From: Epithemia pelagica
Lineage: Eukaryota; Protista; Bacillariophyta
Direction: 5' to 3'
Assembly (NCBI GenBank): GCA_946965045.2
Contig: OX337229.1
Span: forward strand, 1,364,001 to 1,428,000
DNA length: 64,000 nucleotides
The position numbers and the translations under genes are program-made. Positions 42,390-53,146 of this stretch are shown here, piece after piece. Below the pieces are notes generated by a model. The model was given only the letters and a program-made list of their open reading frames with translations, was not told the origin of the DNA and made no database searches. The first letter of the stretch is position 1, and every line of letters starts with the position of its first letter.

Positions 42390-45060
42390 AAGACAGCCCT
42401 GGTACACCTTACCGATGCCATTCAACCCCTCCTGCTCCAAGGAGGTCAGTACGGCATACAAGTACCCGGGGGAGTCGATTTTGTCGCCCAAACCACGGCC
42501 ATGGCAGTGCGACAATACATCGACCGAAATCCAACAACGACAGACTCATCAACAACATCAACAACAACCGAAAACCAGACGACAACGACAAACCCATCAA
42601 CACCATCGACAACAACCGACAGTCGGGCGAGACCGCCGAGCCGAGCATTGGTCATGCTAGATCTGACAAATATGTTCAATAATGTGAGCAGAACTGAAGC
42701 AAGAAAAATCTTGTTAGAGCACGACGAAACAACACCACTGGTCCCCTTGTTTGACCTGTTAACACAACACACCTGCAAGCAATGGTACTTCGACGAAAAC
42801 AAACAAGCAAAGTTTTTACGGCAAGAAGAAGGGTTCCCCCAAGGCTGCCCTTTGAGCCCGCTATTCTCCTGTCTCGTCTTACTGGCCTTAACAAACAAGC
42901 TGAACAAAGAACAAGCCAAAAGAGCACAACAACGACAGCGCAACAACAACCCACACGACGACAAAATGGGCGGAATAGGACACACCGCATCCATCATGGA
43001 TGACACATCAGTGTGTTTGCCCCACTGCGACGTCCCATGGTTCCTAAAACGTTTCGAAGCACTCGGTCAGCCTTTGGGAATCATTTTGAACAAAAGCAAA
43101 ACAACAATTCTTACCTCCACCGACGGTACACCCCCCGACACGCTAGACTCAACCGACAAACAGTCCCTCGAACAAGCGCTGTCGTTCCTTTCTCCCGCCG
43201 ACCCGGCAAAAGCCGAGATCACAAACGGGGTACGATTTCTCGGACAGCCTATAGGTTCGAGCAACTTCGCCCAGCAATACATCCAAAACAAACTGAAAAA
43301 GATGCATCACAAACTAGACTGTTTCTTGCAACTGCCAGACCTCCAGACCAAACACAACCTTTTCAAATTCACCATGGTATCGTCCCTGTTGCACCTGCTA
43401 CCATCCGATGTCTACCTGGCACACACAACAACAAATCCAAGAACAACGCTTTGGTCCAGCCCAACAACATTAGAGACAGAAAAAATCGTCGCACGCTTTC
43501 TATCAGAACTCACCTCGCTCCCCGAAACCGAGATCAGCACTTTGGCCTGCCTCATTGCGGCAATGCCACAACGACTTGGAGGCCTCGGCTACCAACAAGC
43601 GGCCACATCGGCGTACCCACGATTGCTAACCCAAACGGCACGAGCAATCGCCTTAGCAACCTCGAGAGAAACACCAATCCCAAAAGTCCACCAAAGGGAA
43701 CTTAACAATTGGAAAGAAAGCACCGATGAGTACATGACAATTTTCAGAAAAACACTTTCACTCTACGCCAAAGAATACGCAGAAGAACAATTGTACACAC
43801 CAAAGAGGTATGACCATACCACTCACAACAGACTACTCCACCACACAGTCCAAGAACATACCCTACCGCGCTTGGTAGCCGAAACCCCACCAGCACAACG
43901 AACCTTCCTCCCCGGTTTATTGTCGCCTCTCACCAGTTTGGCACTGTCCCTTCCTTTGACAGCAACACAGTTTCGCTATCCAAACAAAGTATTCCAAACG
44001 GCCATCAAAAGAAAATTGCGGCTCCCCTTGTTCGTGAACGATCCAACCCAGTCTTGGCCACAGAAATGTCGCTGCTCCAAAACCAAGACAATTGACCCTC
44101 TGGGAGACCATTTGTTCTCATGCACCTCCGCTTCGAAAACAGCCCTTTCGAATGCAATTCGAGACACCTTATTCGACGTACTACGACAACTCGCACCAGC
44201 AGCTGGAACAGTCGAAACCACCCACGACGTCCACGTTGAGCCACCTCGTTTGGCTCCGCAACACGAGCGAAACATACGGCCCGCCGATGTCGGAATGCTC
44301 CTCCGCAAGCCACACCGCAACGACCACTTTCAATACGTGGCAATAGACATCACCATTCCCCCGCCTCAACAACCTTTGCCAATCCACGACCCGTCCGACC
44401 ACAAAACAATAGCCACAATGGCATCAAGGGCGCATCACGAGGCAGCAAGGGCTAAGTTTTGTCGGGATCCACAAACAGCAACACACCTGCTCCACAACGG
44501 CGTTTATCTCTTACCATTCACCGTCGACCACCTTGGTTCCTTGGGATCCTTCGCCGATACCCTTCTATTCCCATCAGAATATCACCACCCAACCTTATCA
44601 ACAACCGAACCTCCGCCATGGAAAAACCCTTTTTTCGGAAAAGACGAAAAGAGAAGTAAATCACATCCAGCGGCCTACGCACTCTTCCAACAACTAAAAG
44701 AAGCCCCAAACAACATGCTTACAAAGGCAAACAGAAACACAAAAAAGTTTAGCTATCCAGAGGCTAACATATACACAATCGGACACTTTGCCAAAGCCTC
44801 ACTGGGCCATGCAATCATCTCGGCACTGGCCAATCACGCCAATAATAACATCACAGCGATAAAACATCACCAATCCAATCGAAAAACTCGAATCACACAA
44901 TTGCAAAATCTGGCAACACCATGTTTTGCACCAGTCACTCCGATCTACTCCCCGGCTCCAATGGCACAGTTCATCACTGCCACGGACACAACCCCACTCC
45001 TTTGCGAACTCCCCGCTTAGGAGTCCCACTTTACCATAGACAGTGACGTACTAAAAAAAA
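42390..45060 (+). mobile_element. 5'-truncated non-LTR retrotransposon with restriction-like endonuclease (CRE-like)
   Basis: Frame is open from about 42390 and starts inside the RT (GGQYGIQVPGGVD); short 3' UTR then A8 at 45053-45060; A/C-rich sense strand. No convincing TSD. Confidence 0.85.
42501..45020 (+). CDS. RT plus CCHC zinc finger plus PD-(D/E)xK restriction-like endonuclease (N-terminally truncated)
   Basis: MLDLTNMFNNVSR, GFPQGCPLSPLF, IMDD, GVRFLGQPIG, QRLGGLG; CRC..DPLGDHLFSC; RPADV...YVAIDITI. Confidence 0.85.
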   Translation: MAVRQYIDRNPTTTDSSTTSTTTENQTTTTNPSTPSTTTDSRARPPSRALVMLDLTNMFNNVSRTEARKILLEHDETTPLVPLFDLLTQHTCKQWYFDENKQAKFLRQEEGFPQGCPLSPLFSCLVLLALTNKLNKEQAKRAQQRQRNNNPHDDKMGGIGHTASIMDDTSVCLPHCDVPWFLKRFEALGQPLGIILNKSKTTILTSTDGTPPDTLDSTDKQSLEQALSFLSPADPAKAEITNGVRFLGQPIGSSNFAQQYIQNKLKKMHHKLDCFLQLPDLQTKHNLFKFTMVSSLLHLLPSDVYLAHTTTNPRTTLWSSPTTLETEKIVARFLSELTSLPETEISTLACLIAAMPQRLGGLGYQQAATSAYPRLLTQTARAIALATSRETPIPKVHQRELNNWKESTDEYMTIFRKTLSLYAKEYAEEQLYTPKRYDHTTHNRLLHHTVQEHTLPRLVAETPPAQRTFLPGLLSPLTSLALSLPLTATQFRYPNKVFQTAIKRKLRLPLFVNDPTQSWPQKCRCSKTKTIDPLGDHLFSCTSASKTALSNAIRDTLFDVLRQLAPAAGTVETTHDVHVEPPRLAPQHERNIRPADVGMLLRKPHRNDHFQYVAIDITIPPPQQPLPIHDPSDHKTIATMASRAHHEAARAKFCRDPQTATHLLHNGVYLLPFTVDHLGSLGSFADTLLFPSEYHHPTLSTTEPPPWKNPFFGKDEKRSKSHPAAYALFQQLKEAPNNMLTKANRNTKKFSYPEANIYTIGHFAKASLGHAIISALANHANNNITAIKHHQSNRKTRITQLQNLATPCFAPVTPIYSPAPMAQFITATDTTPLLCELPA

Positions 45061-45409
45061 GAACAAAAGTCAAAAGGAATACGCAATTGGGTGGCTGTTA
45101 CAAGGGAACCTGCCAAGTTCCAAATGTCATTTCCGCTGGAAAAGTTTGGTCTCACCAGCATCACACGTGGGTCTTATCTGTTTGGCACGTGGGACGGATC
45201 CTATCAGTGGTCGTTTCATAATTTTCAGCAAAGATACATCCTCAACCAGCGACGCAACGAGAAACTTTATTTCATCTGCATTCCGTTGTATGAAACTCTT
45301 GTGTTGTCACATAGCACACGCAGCATGATCCTCCCCGGCAAACTGAACAGGCGGAAAGATCCTTCCACACGATTTACTAATTCCCAGTTATCACAAGGAA
45401 CGACCTGGA

Positions 45410-46714
45410 TCATTTAGCATACCGGGCTCGTTTCGCTGCTCTTTCCTCGGGCGTGTTGACTTCTCGGAGAGTCTGACTGCATTTCTTTCGAGCCGTCGTA
45501 TTGTCGATTTCATACCAGCGATTGGTCGGCGCATCCAATTTCAGAAATCTTCCACCCCAGCCTTTCACGATATCCACAAGCTCCTGTGAAATGGGAGTTT
45601 TCCCATTCTTGTCAGCGGCGAGATACCGCTCTTGCATACTGTCTTTAGCTTCTAGATATCTCTTGTTTCCTGGATGGTTGTTCGTGCGCCCACCTCTGCC
45701 CAACAAAACGTCCGCTTCACTGGGTTCAACAAACATCTTTCCTGATGCATCTTCAGCGACAGGATTGTCTACGGGTTCCCGAGGCGGTTGAGGCTCCATA
45801 GCAGAGAGTACAGGAGCGGCATTCATCCGTTTCTTCAGGGGCTTGGAAAGTCTCTGTGGAGATTCATGTAGTTTTTGTGTTGCTTCTCCAGACCGATCTC
45901 GTTCACCGAAAGCGGCTGCAGCAGCGGCCAAAAGGGCTGCGTCGGCGGGAGTAGCTCCACCAGTGTTCGGACGGGGGGTTGGTTTCGCAAGACCTGCTTC
46001 AAGGCCTCCCATAACGATGGCGTTCCAATCACGTTTCTTTTTTGGCTCTTGCCCTGCTTCCTTGCGTTTATCCTGTTTCTGTCGAGGAGCTGATTTTTCT
46101 GCCGTACCCTCAAGTGATGTCTGAAATACTTTTTGAACGTCCACGTCTTGGTAGGGACCCAGCTCGCTGCCCCACTCACGACTTGTAAACAAACCGGCCA
46201 ATTTACCGGGAGATGTTTTCTTGTTTCCAGAGGAGGAAGAATCTTTCACAACGTTATTTGATTTGCTTTGAAGCGCACGGGCTGCACTCTGTAAAATATT
46301 TTGAATATCGGTGTCTTGCGTGTTGCACAGGTTCGCAACGACCGATTCGGTTTTGACGGTTGTCCCTGATGAGGATTTTTCATCTGCAGTAGATTCTTTC
46401 GCTGATCGATCAATGCCAGATTCAGTCTCGATCGAAAGTGGTGGTAAGTCTGACAAACCTGACTTGAAAAGCCCCTTTGCTGTATCTGTGCTCGCCAGTA
46501 ACTGGCCCACAGAATCGTACGTACTGAAGATTCTAGCGCTGCCGGAGATGGGCATTCGCGACAGAACCTCGGACGGCCTCTCTGGAAGAGGAGCCTGAGC
46601 ACCAGGTTGGACATGGTTTCCATTTTCTTCGCTGGTGCTGGCGGCTACCTGCGTGTCAGAAGCGACGGGGACCGGAGCAGTCGACGACATGGTGCCCTGG
46701 AAATCAGATTGCAT
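45410..46714 (-). CDS. DUF6824-type diatom protein with a long low-complexity N-terminus
   Basis: C-terminal DVLLGRGGRTNNHPGNKRY...GGRFLK...WYE..ARKKCSQTLRE; first ATG in the ORF at 46714. Confidence 0.8.
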   Translation of the reverse strand: MQSDFQGTMSSTAPVPVASDTQVAASTSEENGNHVQPGAQAPLPERPSEVLSRMPISGSARIFSTYDSVGQLLASTDTAKGLFKSGLSDLPPLSIETESGIDRSAKESTADEKSSSGTTVKTESVVANLCNTQDTDIQNILQSAARALQSKSNNVVKDSSSSGNKKTSPGKLAGLFTSREWGSELGPYQDVDVQKVFQTSLEGTAEKSAPRQKQDKRKEAGQEPKKKRDWNAIVMGGLEAGLAKPTPRPNTGGATPADAALLAAAAAAFGERDRSGEATQKLHESPQRLSKPLKKRMNAAPVLSAMEPQPPREPVDNPVAEDASGKMFVEPSEADVLLGRGGRTNNHPGNKRYLEAKDSMQERYLAADKNGKTPISQELVDIVKGWGGRFLKLDAPTNRWYEIDNTTARKKCSQTLREVNTPEERAAKRARYAK

Positions 46715-46906
46715 TACGAATATCCCAATCGTGCTCTTCGTAAGGGAGTGCGTCTGGAGAAACAAAAATTTTGTGTGGCATGTGCGCTGTCGCTGTGGGG
46801 CGCTGAAGTCCCGAATCCTGAATCCCAGTAGGAGTAACCTCAACCTTACTTCTCGATTCGCGACACGATTAAAATTTTCGCCGTCAAAAGTCAAAACCTA
46901 GCTAGG

Positions 46907-46965
46907 AGCACCTACCTAGCTAGAGAGAGCTTTTAGAGGAGTACTCCTAGCCTCAACTAGCACTA
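46907..46965. other. Intergenic CTAG-rich motif island
   Basis: CTAGCTAGGAG, CTAGCTAG, AGGAGTACTCCT palindrome 46937-46948, TACTCCTAG 46942-46950. Confidence 0.65.
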
Positions 46966-47085
46966 GCACAGAACAACCTACGATGAATGCCTACTGCCTA
47001 CTCCCTCTCTTGAAGCAATGGTATGTTGCGTTGAGCGAGGATGTGGCCTAAGAGTAACAATGAAAAGCCCCAAAAGGTCAAGGTG

Positions 47086-48161
47086 TCAATTGTCACCCCA
47101 AGGACCAAACAGGGTCGCGGCGGTACCTCCCATGATCAATTTTCGGTCTTCCTCTTCCTCAATCCAAGAAGAAACTAGCTTTACCATTCCATAGGCTTCA
47201 CGTTGCTCAAGGACAAAGGGGAAGTCCGAACCATACATCAAGCGTCTTGCGCCAAACGCTTTCAAGAGCGGCAAAAATCTTTCGCGTCGTACACGGTCAA
47301 AAGGAAACTCATCTCCCAGGCGAAATAAAGCAGATATCTTCACGTATACCTGAGGAAATTTTGACATTTCCAGCAGTTTCTCAAAGTTGTCATCGTTTCC
47401 GACGGATGTGAAACCAAAATGATCCAATATCATTATTGTATTTGGAGATTTATCAAGCAATGCCAAGATATCATCATAATGAAGATCAAGGCCTTGAAAG
47501 CACATGATTCCAACTGGCATGTGCAGCTCCGCACATCGCTTGTAAACTGCCAGTCCAGGTCCATCCGACATGGCAGCCCATTTCTGGTCTCCAACCTTTG
47601 GCCAGAGATATGGATTGAACCTTACACCTACAAAGCCTGTTAGGGCTAGATTTTCCAACGTCTCGACAGCTTCTTCCTCTGAAAGAGATGGGTCGTGGAG
47701 GAGCATGCCTTTCAATCGACCTGGATTTGACTTCATAGCATCCGTAACATAGGAATGGTCAAATTTATGGTTGATTGGTTGCACAATTAGAGCTCCGTCT
47801 ACTCCATTAGCATCCATTTCCATCAGAAGTTCTTTCTGAAAACTTGGAACAGATAGGCTAGAGATAAGTATAGTTGGTCTCACGAACAAATTTTAAAACC
47901 TCGAGCATCAGTGCTTACCGTAGCAGCTCTGTCTTTCAAGGCGTCTGGAGGATCTTGTGCAAGAGGAAACATAGTTGATGATTCCTCTGTGTTTGCCCAC
48001 ACATGGAGGTGTGAATCTATGACTTTCGTTGATACAGCCATGGTCGACAAGGCAGAAGAGGCAGTCAGAGATGAGATGAACGCAAAGCTCAGGATCTTGG
48101 CTTTGGAACAAATCCTTTCAATTATACTTCGTGAGCCCCGTAGATGGACAACGACACCCAT
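47086..48161 (-). CDS. Amidohydrolase family (Amidohydro_2-like), 2 exons
   Basis: IDSHLHVW (HxH); intron 47918-47836; ILDHFG, YVKIS and LMYGSDFP motifs. Start at 48161 or 48041. Confidence 0.85.
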
Positions 48162-48388
48162 GGCAAATGGCAATGGCAACACCAACTCCGGATCGGCTCT
48201 AAAAAACGAATGAGGGGGGAAGGATCTCGCTGGACTCGGGACTCGGGACCTTAAATTCCGCACCTTCTCCAGGGGTCCCGATTGACGTGTTACGAACTCG
48301 GAAGCTCAACACGTCACAAAAATGCGTCCACACCCACACGGTAGGGATACGAATACACAATCGTGCAGCGAAAAAAACTAAAAACACA

Positions 48389-48973
48389 ATGCATCGACCG
48401 GCAACAAACGTTGCGCTATCCTTGAAGTGCATCATCTTCATAGTTTATATCGTGGATGTGGCCTGGGGATTTGTTTTGCTCGCACCAAGCCTTGAGCACC
48501 GCACCTTCGAGTTCTTGAGTAGTGCTTCGGCTCTCATGTCCCAAGCCGACCCTGATGGAACGGTATCTTCTGTCGCCGTGGACGAACGCGCCGATGTTCT
48601 CAATTCGGACGTGGCTGGACAGTTTAAAGTCCTCACATGCTCGTCGACGTCATGTTCCAAAAAGAGGAAGCGACTGAATTTGGACCAATACAGCACGTTT
48701 AGTGCCTTCTATGCGAGAGCGTCCGAGACGAGTGTGAGGGTCGAAGAATCGCCATGTTTGGGTCGCTGTAAGCAGGCTCCCTGTGTTGCAATCGAACATG
48801 ATGACTATGATGGTACGGTTTCTTTGGAAGGAATGACGCCTGTTGAGTTTTCCGATAGAGTCTTTCAGAATATTATTGACGAGAATGACGTTGAACGAGT
48901 CTGGTCGTCAGTGGTAAACGCAGTTGAAGTAATGTCGGAAGAAATTGATGAGGACGAGGTTGAAGGAGTATGA
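48389..48973 (+). CDS. Thioredoxin-like [2Fe-2S] ferredoxin-domain protein, probably plastid-targeted
   Basis: C-x4-C (CSSTSC) plus CLGRCKQAPCV; signal peptide ending AWG-F. Confidence 0.65.
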   Translation: MHRPATNVALSLKCIIFIVYIVDVAWGFVLLAPSLEHRTFEFLSSASALMSQADPDGTVSSVAVDERADVLNSDVAGQFKVLTCSSTSCSKKRKRLNLDQYSTFSAFYARASETSVRVEESPCLGRCKQAPCVAIEHDDYDGTVSLEGMTPVEFSDRVFQNIIDENDVERVWSSVVNAVEVMSEEIDEDEVEGV

Positions 48974-49299
48974 GGATGAGATCAACAAAGACGAAAGAGG
49001 AAGTTCTGTATTTCAATCTTTGACGTTCCGCACGGCACTCTACCAAAACTCTGGTTGACTCATCAGATTTGTATATTGCTCCATCCTTGAATGCCGAAGC
49101 TTGGTCTTATTCTTGTAAAGATCCGACTGCCCCCACAAAAGACGCGAGCACATGTATAAACTTTAACTTACTTTATAAAGCCTGCAAAGATTTTATTCAA
49201 ATTCTACCTCGACAACTACCCAATTCTAATCCGAAAGGACAACCACATCTGTCTGGCAATACTTTTGAACCATTTTCCAGACGCAATGTCGCGCCCTGC

Positions 49300-50904
49300 C
49301 TAACAGATCCAGCATGTTTTTTCCTTGGCATCCAACGTCTCGTCTGTAGATTCATGAGAGCAGTAGAGATTGCGAAGACCCTTGCACAAACACCAGAAAT
49401 TGGCGCACCCACACACAAATCCACAACAGAGGATACCATACCACCCATGATCTTCATTGACGTTCAACGATGCATCGCGACTAGTATCACGATCGCAAAT
49501 ATTGACCCGGGTATAGACCTTTTGGAAATCTTCAAATTCCATCCAGAAGAAGCCGTCATCCTCAGCCACAAATTTCAACTGTTTGGCAATGGAAGGGTGC
49601 TTCTTCCATGCGGAACTTTTGTCGGACCATTTCCCCTTCCATTCGTACGTTGCCTGTTTCATTTCATTCAATGGCAATATTCAAAATATGAGAGAGACCA
49701 ATGAACTGTTACCACGACGATAAAACAGAATTTGTAACGTACCCACGGGTTGCGAAGCTGCATCATTTTGTACGAATGTCCTGTGAAAACAATGAAAAAG
49801 TGTTTAGTAACATACACCACTTGCATAAGAAAGTGATGTCAAGTTCTTACCACCGGGTTTGGGCACTCCCATCGAGGACTTTTCAGTTACGACACGGGCT
49901 TGAATGACCGAATAGGCATGTCCAGCAACGAGACCAGCTTGTTCCATCATTTGTTCGCCACTGGGTCCATCATTCGGGCCATATTCACTCTTTCCAATCG
50001 AGGCAGAAATAAGAGCCTTTTGTTTGTCGTACTTCTTGAGGAGAGTCCAAAGCTGATCACTGGAATACTTTTCCTTGGTAGTACGGAAGCCACACGCGCG
50101 TTTGTCCGAAGGATCTTTCTTGTCCACCATGGCCACCATGTCTTCACGGATCCAGCGACGGTCATTTCCCAATGACATTTGAAAGACGTTGTCTCCGGTC
50201 ATACTCAACCATCCCCACAAGACGAATCCTCCATCCAATTGAGCGTAGCTCCCAGCAAATTTGGCGTAGGCCTTTTCCAAGATAATGGCCCACAATTCAT
50301 TTCCCTGTGGCTTCATGAATCTCGGCGTAAGCGTTCCCTTGTGGCAGGGAATGCGGTCATCGACCTTGACAACAACCCACTTCTCAGCTTGAGGATCATA
50401 AATGCGAACCTTGTAAATACCTCGAGGATTGTATTCCTTGGTCAAAAACATGTGGCGAATCATATCGGGGTATTCACTGGCACAGGCAAAGGCGGCCACG
50501 AGCCAGCAATCACCGACCGCACCTTGGCACAAATCATTGGGCTCAATCTCACCTTCAAAAAGTTGAGGACGTTTTCCGCGAAAGGATTCCAAGTCTTGAG
50601 CTCGCACCCAGTCCGTATCCTTTTCCATTTGCTTGGCTGTCTCCTTGTTGGGATCATTGGCCGAATGATCGCCCAATGCCTTGGCACCAAAGAACTCATC
50701 GTCCTCGTACGGCCAACCAAAGCAACAGCAAAGATAGCGCCACAAGCATCCAACCATGAGGCGTTGGCAAATGACCGTCGAACAGGGAATCAGATAAAAT
50801 TTGATCGACTTGAAAAGAAGACCAATGGTCGCCACAAAGGGACAGCAGATGACATTCCAGAAGAATCCAGCCCGACCATTGTTGATTTCCTTGAGTGTCG
50901 GCAT
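49300..50904 (-). CDS. Calpain-family cysteine protease (CysPc), 3 exons
   Basis: CQGAVGDCWLVAA (Cys), GHAYSV (His); a micro-exon at about 49742-49779 supplies LRNPW (Asn); last exon EWKGKWSD..FWMEFEDF. Confidence 0.9.
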
Positions 50905-51271
50905 GACAACGATTGCAATTCAGAAGAGCAACTACTGGTAGAAACTTTTGCGAGCAGGGAGCAATGACGGTATCAATGAACGGAGAAAAAGAAAAAAGAT
51001 CAGAACGGCACGTCGAAAACAAAAAGCCTCTCTTTTTGGTCTGTTCGCGGAAGCTGACCGCAAGCCGCCCCATGCGCCTGCACGCCGTAGCAGAAACCGA
51101 CGAACAAATCCTGTGCACGTGTGTCCTTCCTATGTAACCATCTTTTGTTATTGTTATTTAAGACTGATTCTATTGTGGGTCGGGATTTTTCATAGAGGTC
51201 CTCATTCCTCATTGGAGATTTATACATCATAGATCAACTCGTCTTTGAATCCTCTTTCGATTTGTTCTGTA

Positions 51272-51876
51272 AGGGCTGGGTAAGCCGATCCATGTTCGGC
51301 TAAGTAGGTTCAGTACAAAAGCTACGTAACGTACATAAAATCCCATAGTACACGTATTACCTGAAATGGCGGGAAGTCCGAAAAAATGCAAAAACACTCC
51401 ACGACGACGGCGAGATCCGTTGATGCCGCATGCATTTACCGATGCATCGCATCAACATCCTACTACTGTAAGTTGTTTGAGTTTGCTAGTATTACCGTGT
51501 TCTGCAGCTACAGAAGATTTGTCGCGTTGGATCAAAAGGTATACTCATTTTTCTGTGGTGATGAAATCCAAAAACCTTCCTAACTCATTCATTTCTCAAC
51601 GGTGACTGAATCAAATTGAAAGCATAGTTGATCTAGAAGTAAAGAGTCTTATTCTAAAAGCGATTCAGGCAGGCTCAATTATTCAGGAAGTTATTGCCAT
51701 GGGGGTGATTTCTTCGACCATTGTCGAGTGATGGTTTCCGGATTGCATTGTTTCTCGTGGCAGCAAGTTTTCGATTTGTGACCATTCGCCCCACTTGTTA
51801 CAGTGATGAAAATAGTACTACGTAGCTTAATGTACTGAGCCTACTTAGCCGAACATGGATCGGCTTACCCAGCCCT
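51272..51876. mobile_element. Non-autonomous DNA transposon (MITE), 605 bp, about 57-bp TIRs, TA duplication
   Basis: The first 37 bp (AGGGCTGGGTAAGCCGATCCATGTTCGGCTAAGTAGG) are a perfect inverted repeat of the last 37 bp, extending imperfectly to about 57 bp; TA at 51270-71 and 51877-78. Confidence 0.9.
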
Positions 51877-53146
51877 TATATGCCTCGCCAACCCTCCGAC
51901 TAGATGTCCGCTTCTTAGCTCGTCTGTTCGGGCAAGACAAACCCAATCTCACAGACAAAAAAATGAATGGAAATTTCACATCCATCGGTGGAAAGGCTGG
52001 CGTGCTGTGACAGTTGGAAGAAGGCAGGCGTTCTGCTCAACAAGACTCAAAATTATGTTCGGTGAACCAGATGCCACAAAATCGATGCAGGCAACAAAAC
52101 GAGGCAATGACCAAACCAACACCAAAAACGGCATGCTCATCTCATCTTTGTCACTGCACATCCAGCATGGTAAGTTCTGGAATGACTAATAGTTGCATTG
52201 GAATGGACAATGTTTAGTTTTAGGCTCTCACTACGTTGCCATAGTGTGTCATTTGTTTGTGCCATGTAACATCTTTTTTGTCGATGCCATGGGGGGCTGC
52301 TGGCATCATTTGTAGGATTCTTATAGGACAAAATAGAGCTATAGACCTCAATTAGGAGTAGGTAGGATAAGTGGAGGAAGCCATCCATTTTTCCTCTGTC
52401 GCTCAGTTTGGGTCTTTAGTGGATTGTGATGTCGACCTGCTCCTGTTGTTCTTTTTTTGTTGCCATGAGCATGACTTGTCTTTCCCAGCAGTGCAGGGGA
52501 CTCTACACTCTACATGCTCCATAACGCAAGTAGAAAGAGACGTATTCTAAAATAGGACTGTAAGTGGTTGCAAAGAGACAAGCCTACGGCAACGGCACGG
52601 TGTTGTGGAGGAGGGTTCACTTTTAAACGGACACAAACACTAGAAACAACCACACTTCTCCTAGAAAAAACAAAGAAAGGATGGGGGTAAAGCAAAACAC
52701 TATCTATGGTCTATATGTCAAATGTCCATGGTGTGCAGATTGCAGATGATGGAGAATGCATTGTGATGGTGCATGTCCATTGTCCATGTCAAAAGGTGCG
52801 TGGTGAAAATAATGTGGGTCGCAACTTGGGACGACAATCAAGAATGGGGAAGACCAACGGTCGAAGTGCGCACGCCTGCTCACAAAATTTCAAAAGGGTG
52901 ATCCAGAAGGCTGGCGTGATCATTTTCATTTTGACCAGGAATTTTCTTCTAAAATGCAAAAAAAACAAAATTAAAATGGTTGTTCGCGGAGAGCGGCTAG
53001 GGGGCTAAGAAGCTACCCCCAAGCAGGGTCGAGAATCTGGTCGCACAAAAAAAAGAATCTGTATTAACGAGAATCACGAAAATGATTGACGGACAGATTG
53101 CAAAATTCTCACCCCCGCTGGGGGTAGCTAAGAAGCGGACACCTAG

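Noticed and set aside
51366-51790. Transposase remnant inside the MITE (e.g. WSQIENLLP on the - strand)
   Set aside because: Frames are short and stop-ridden; the resemblance to IS5-like N-termini is too weak to call.
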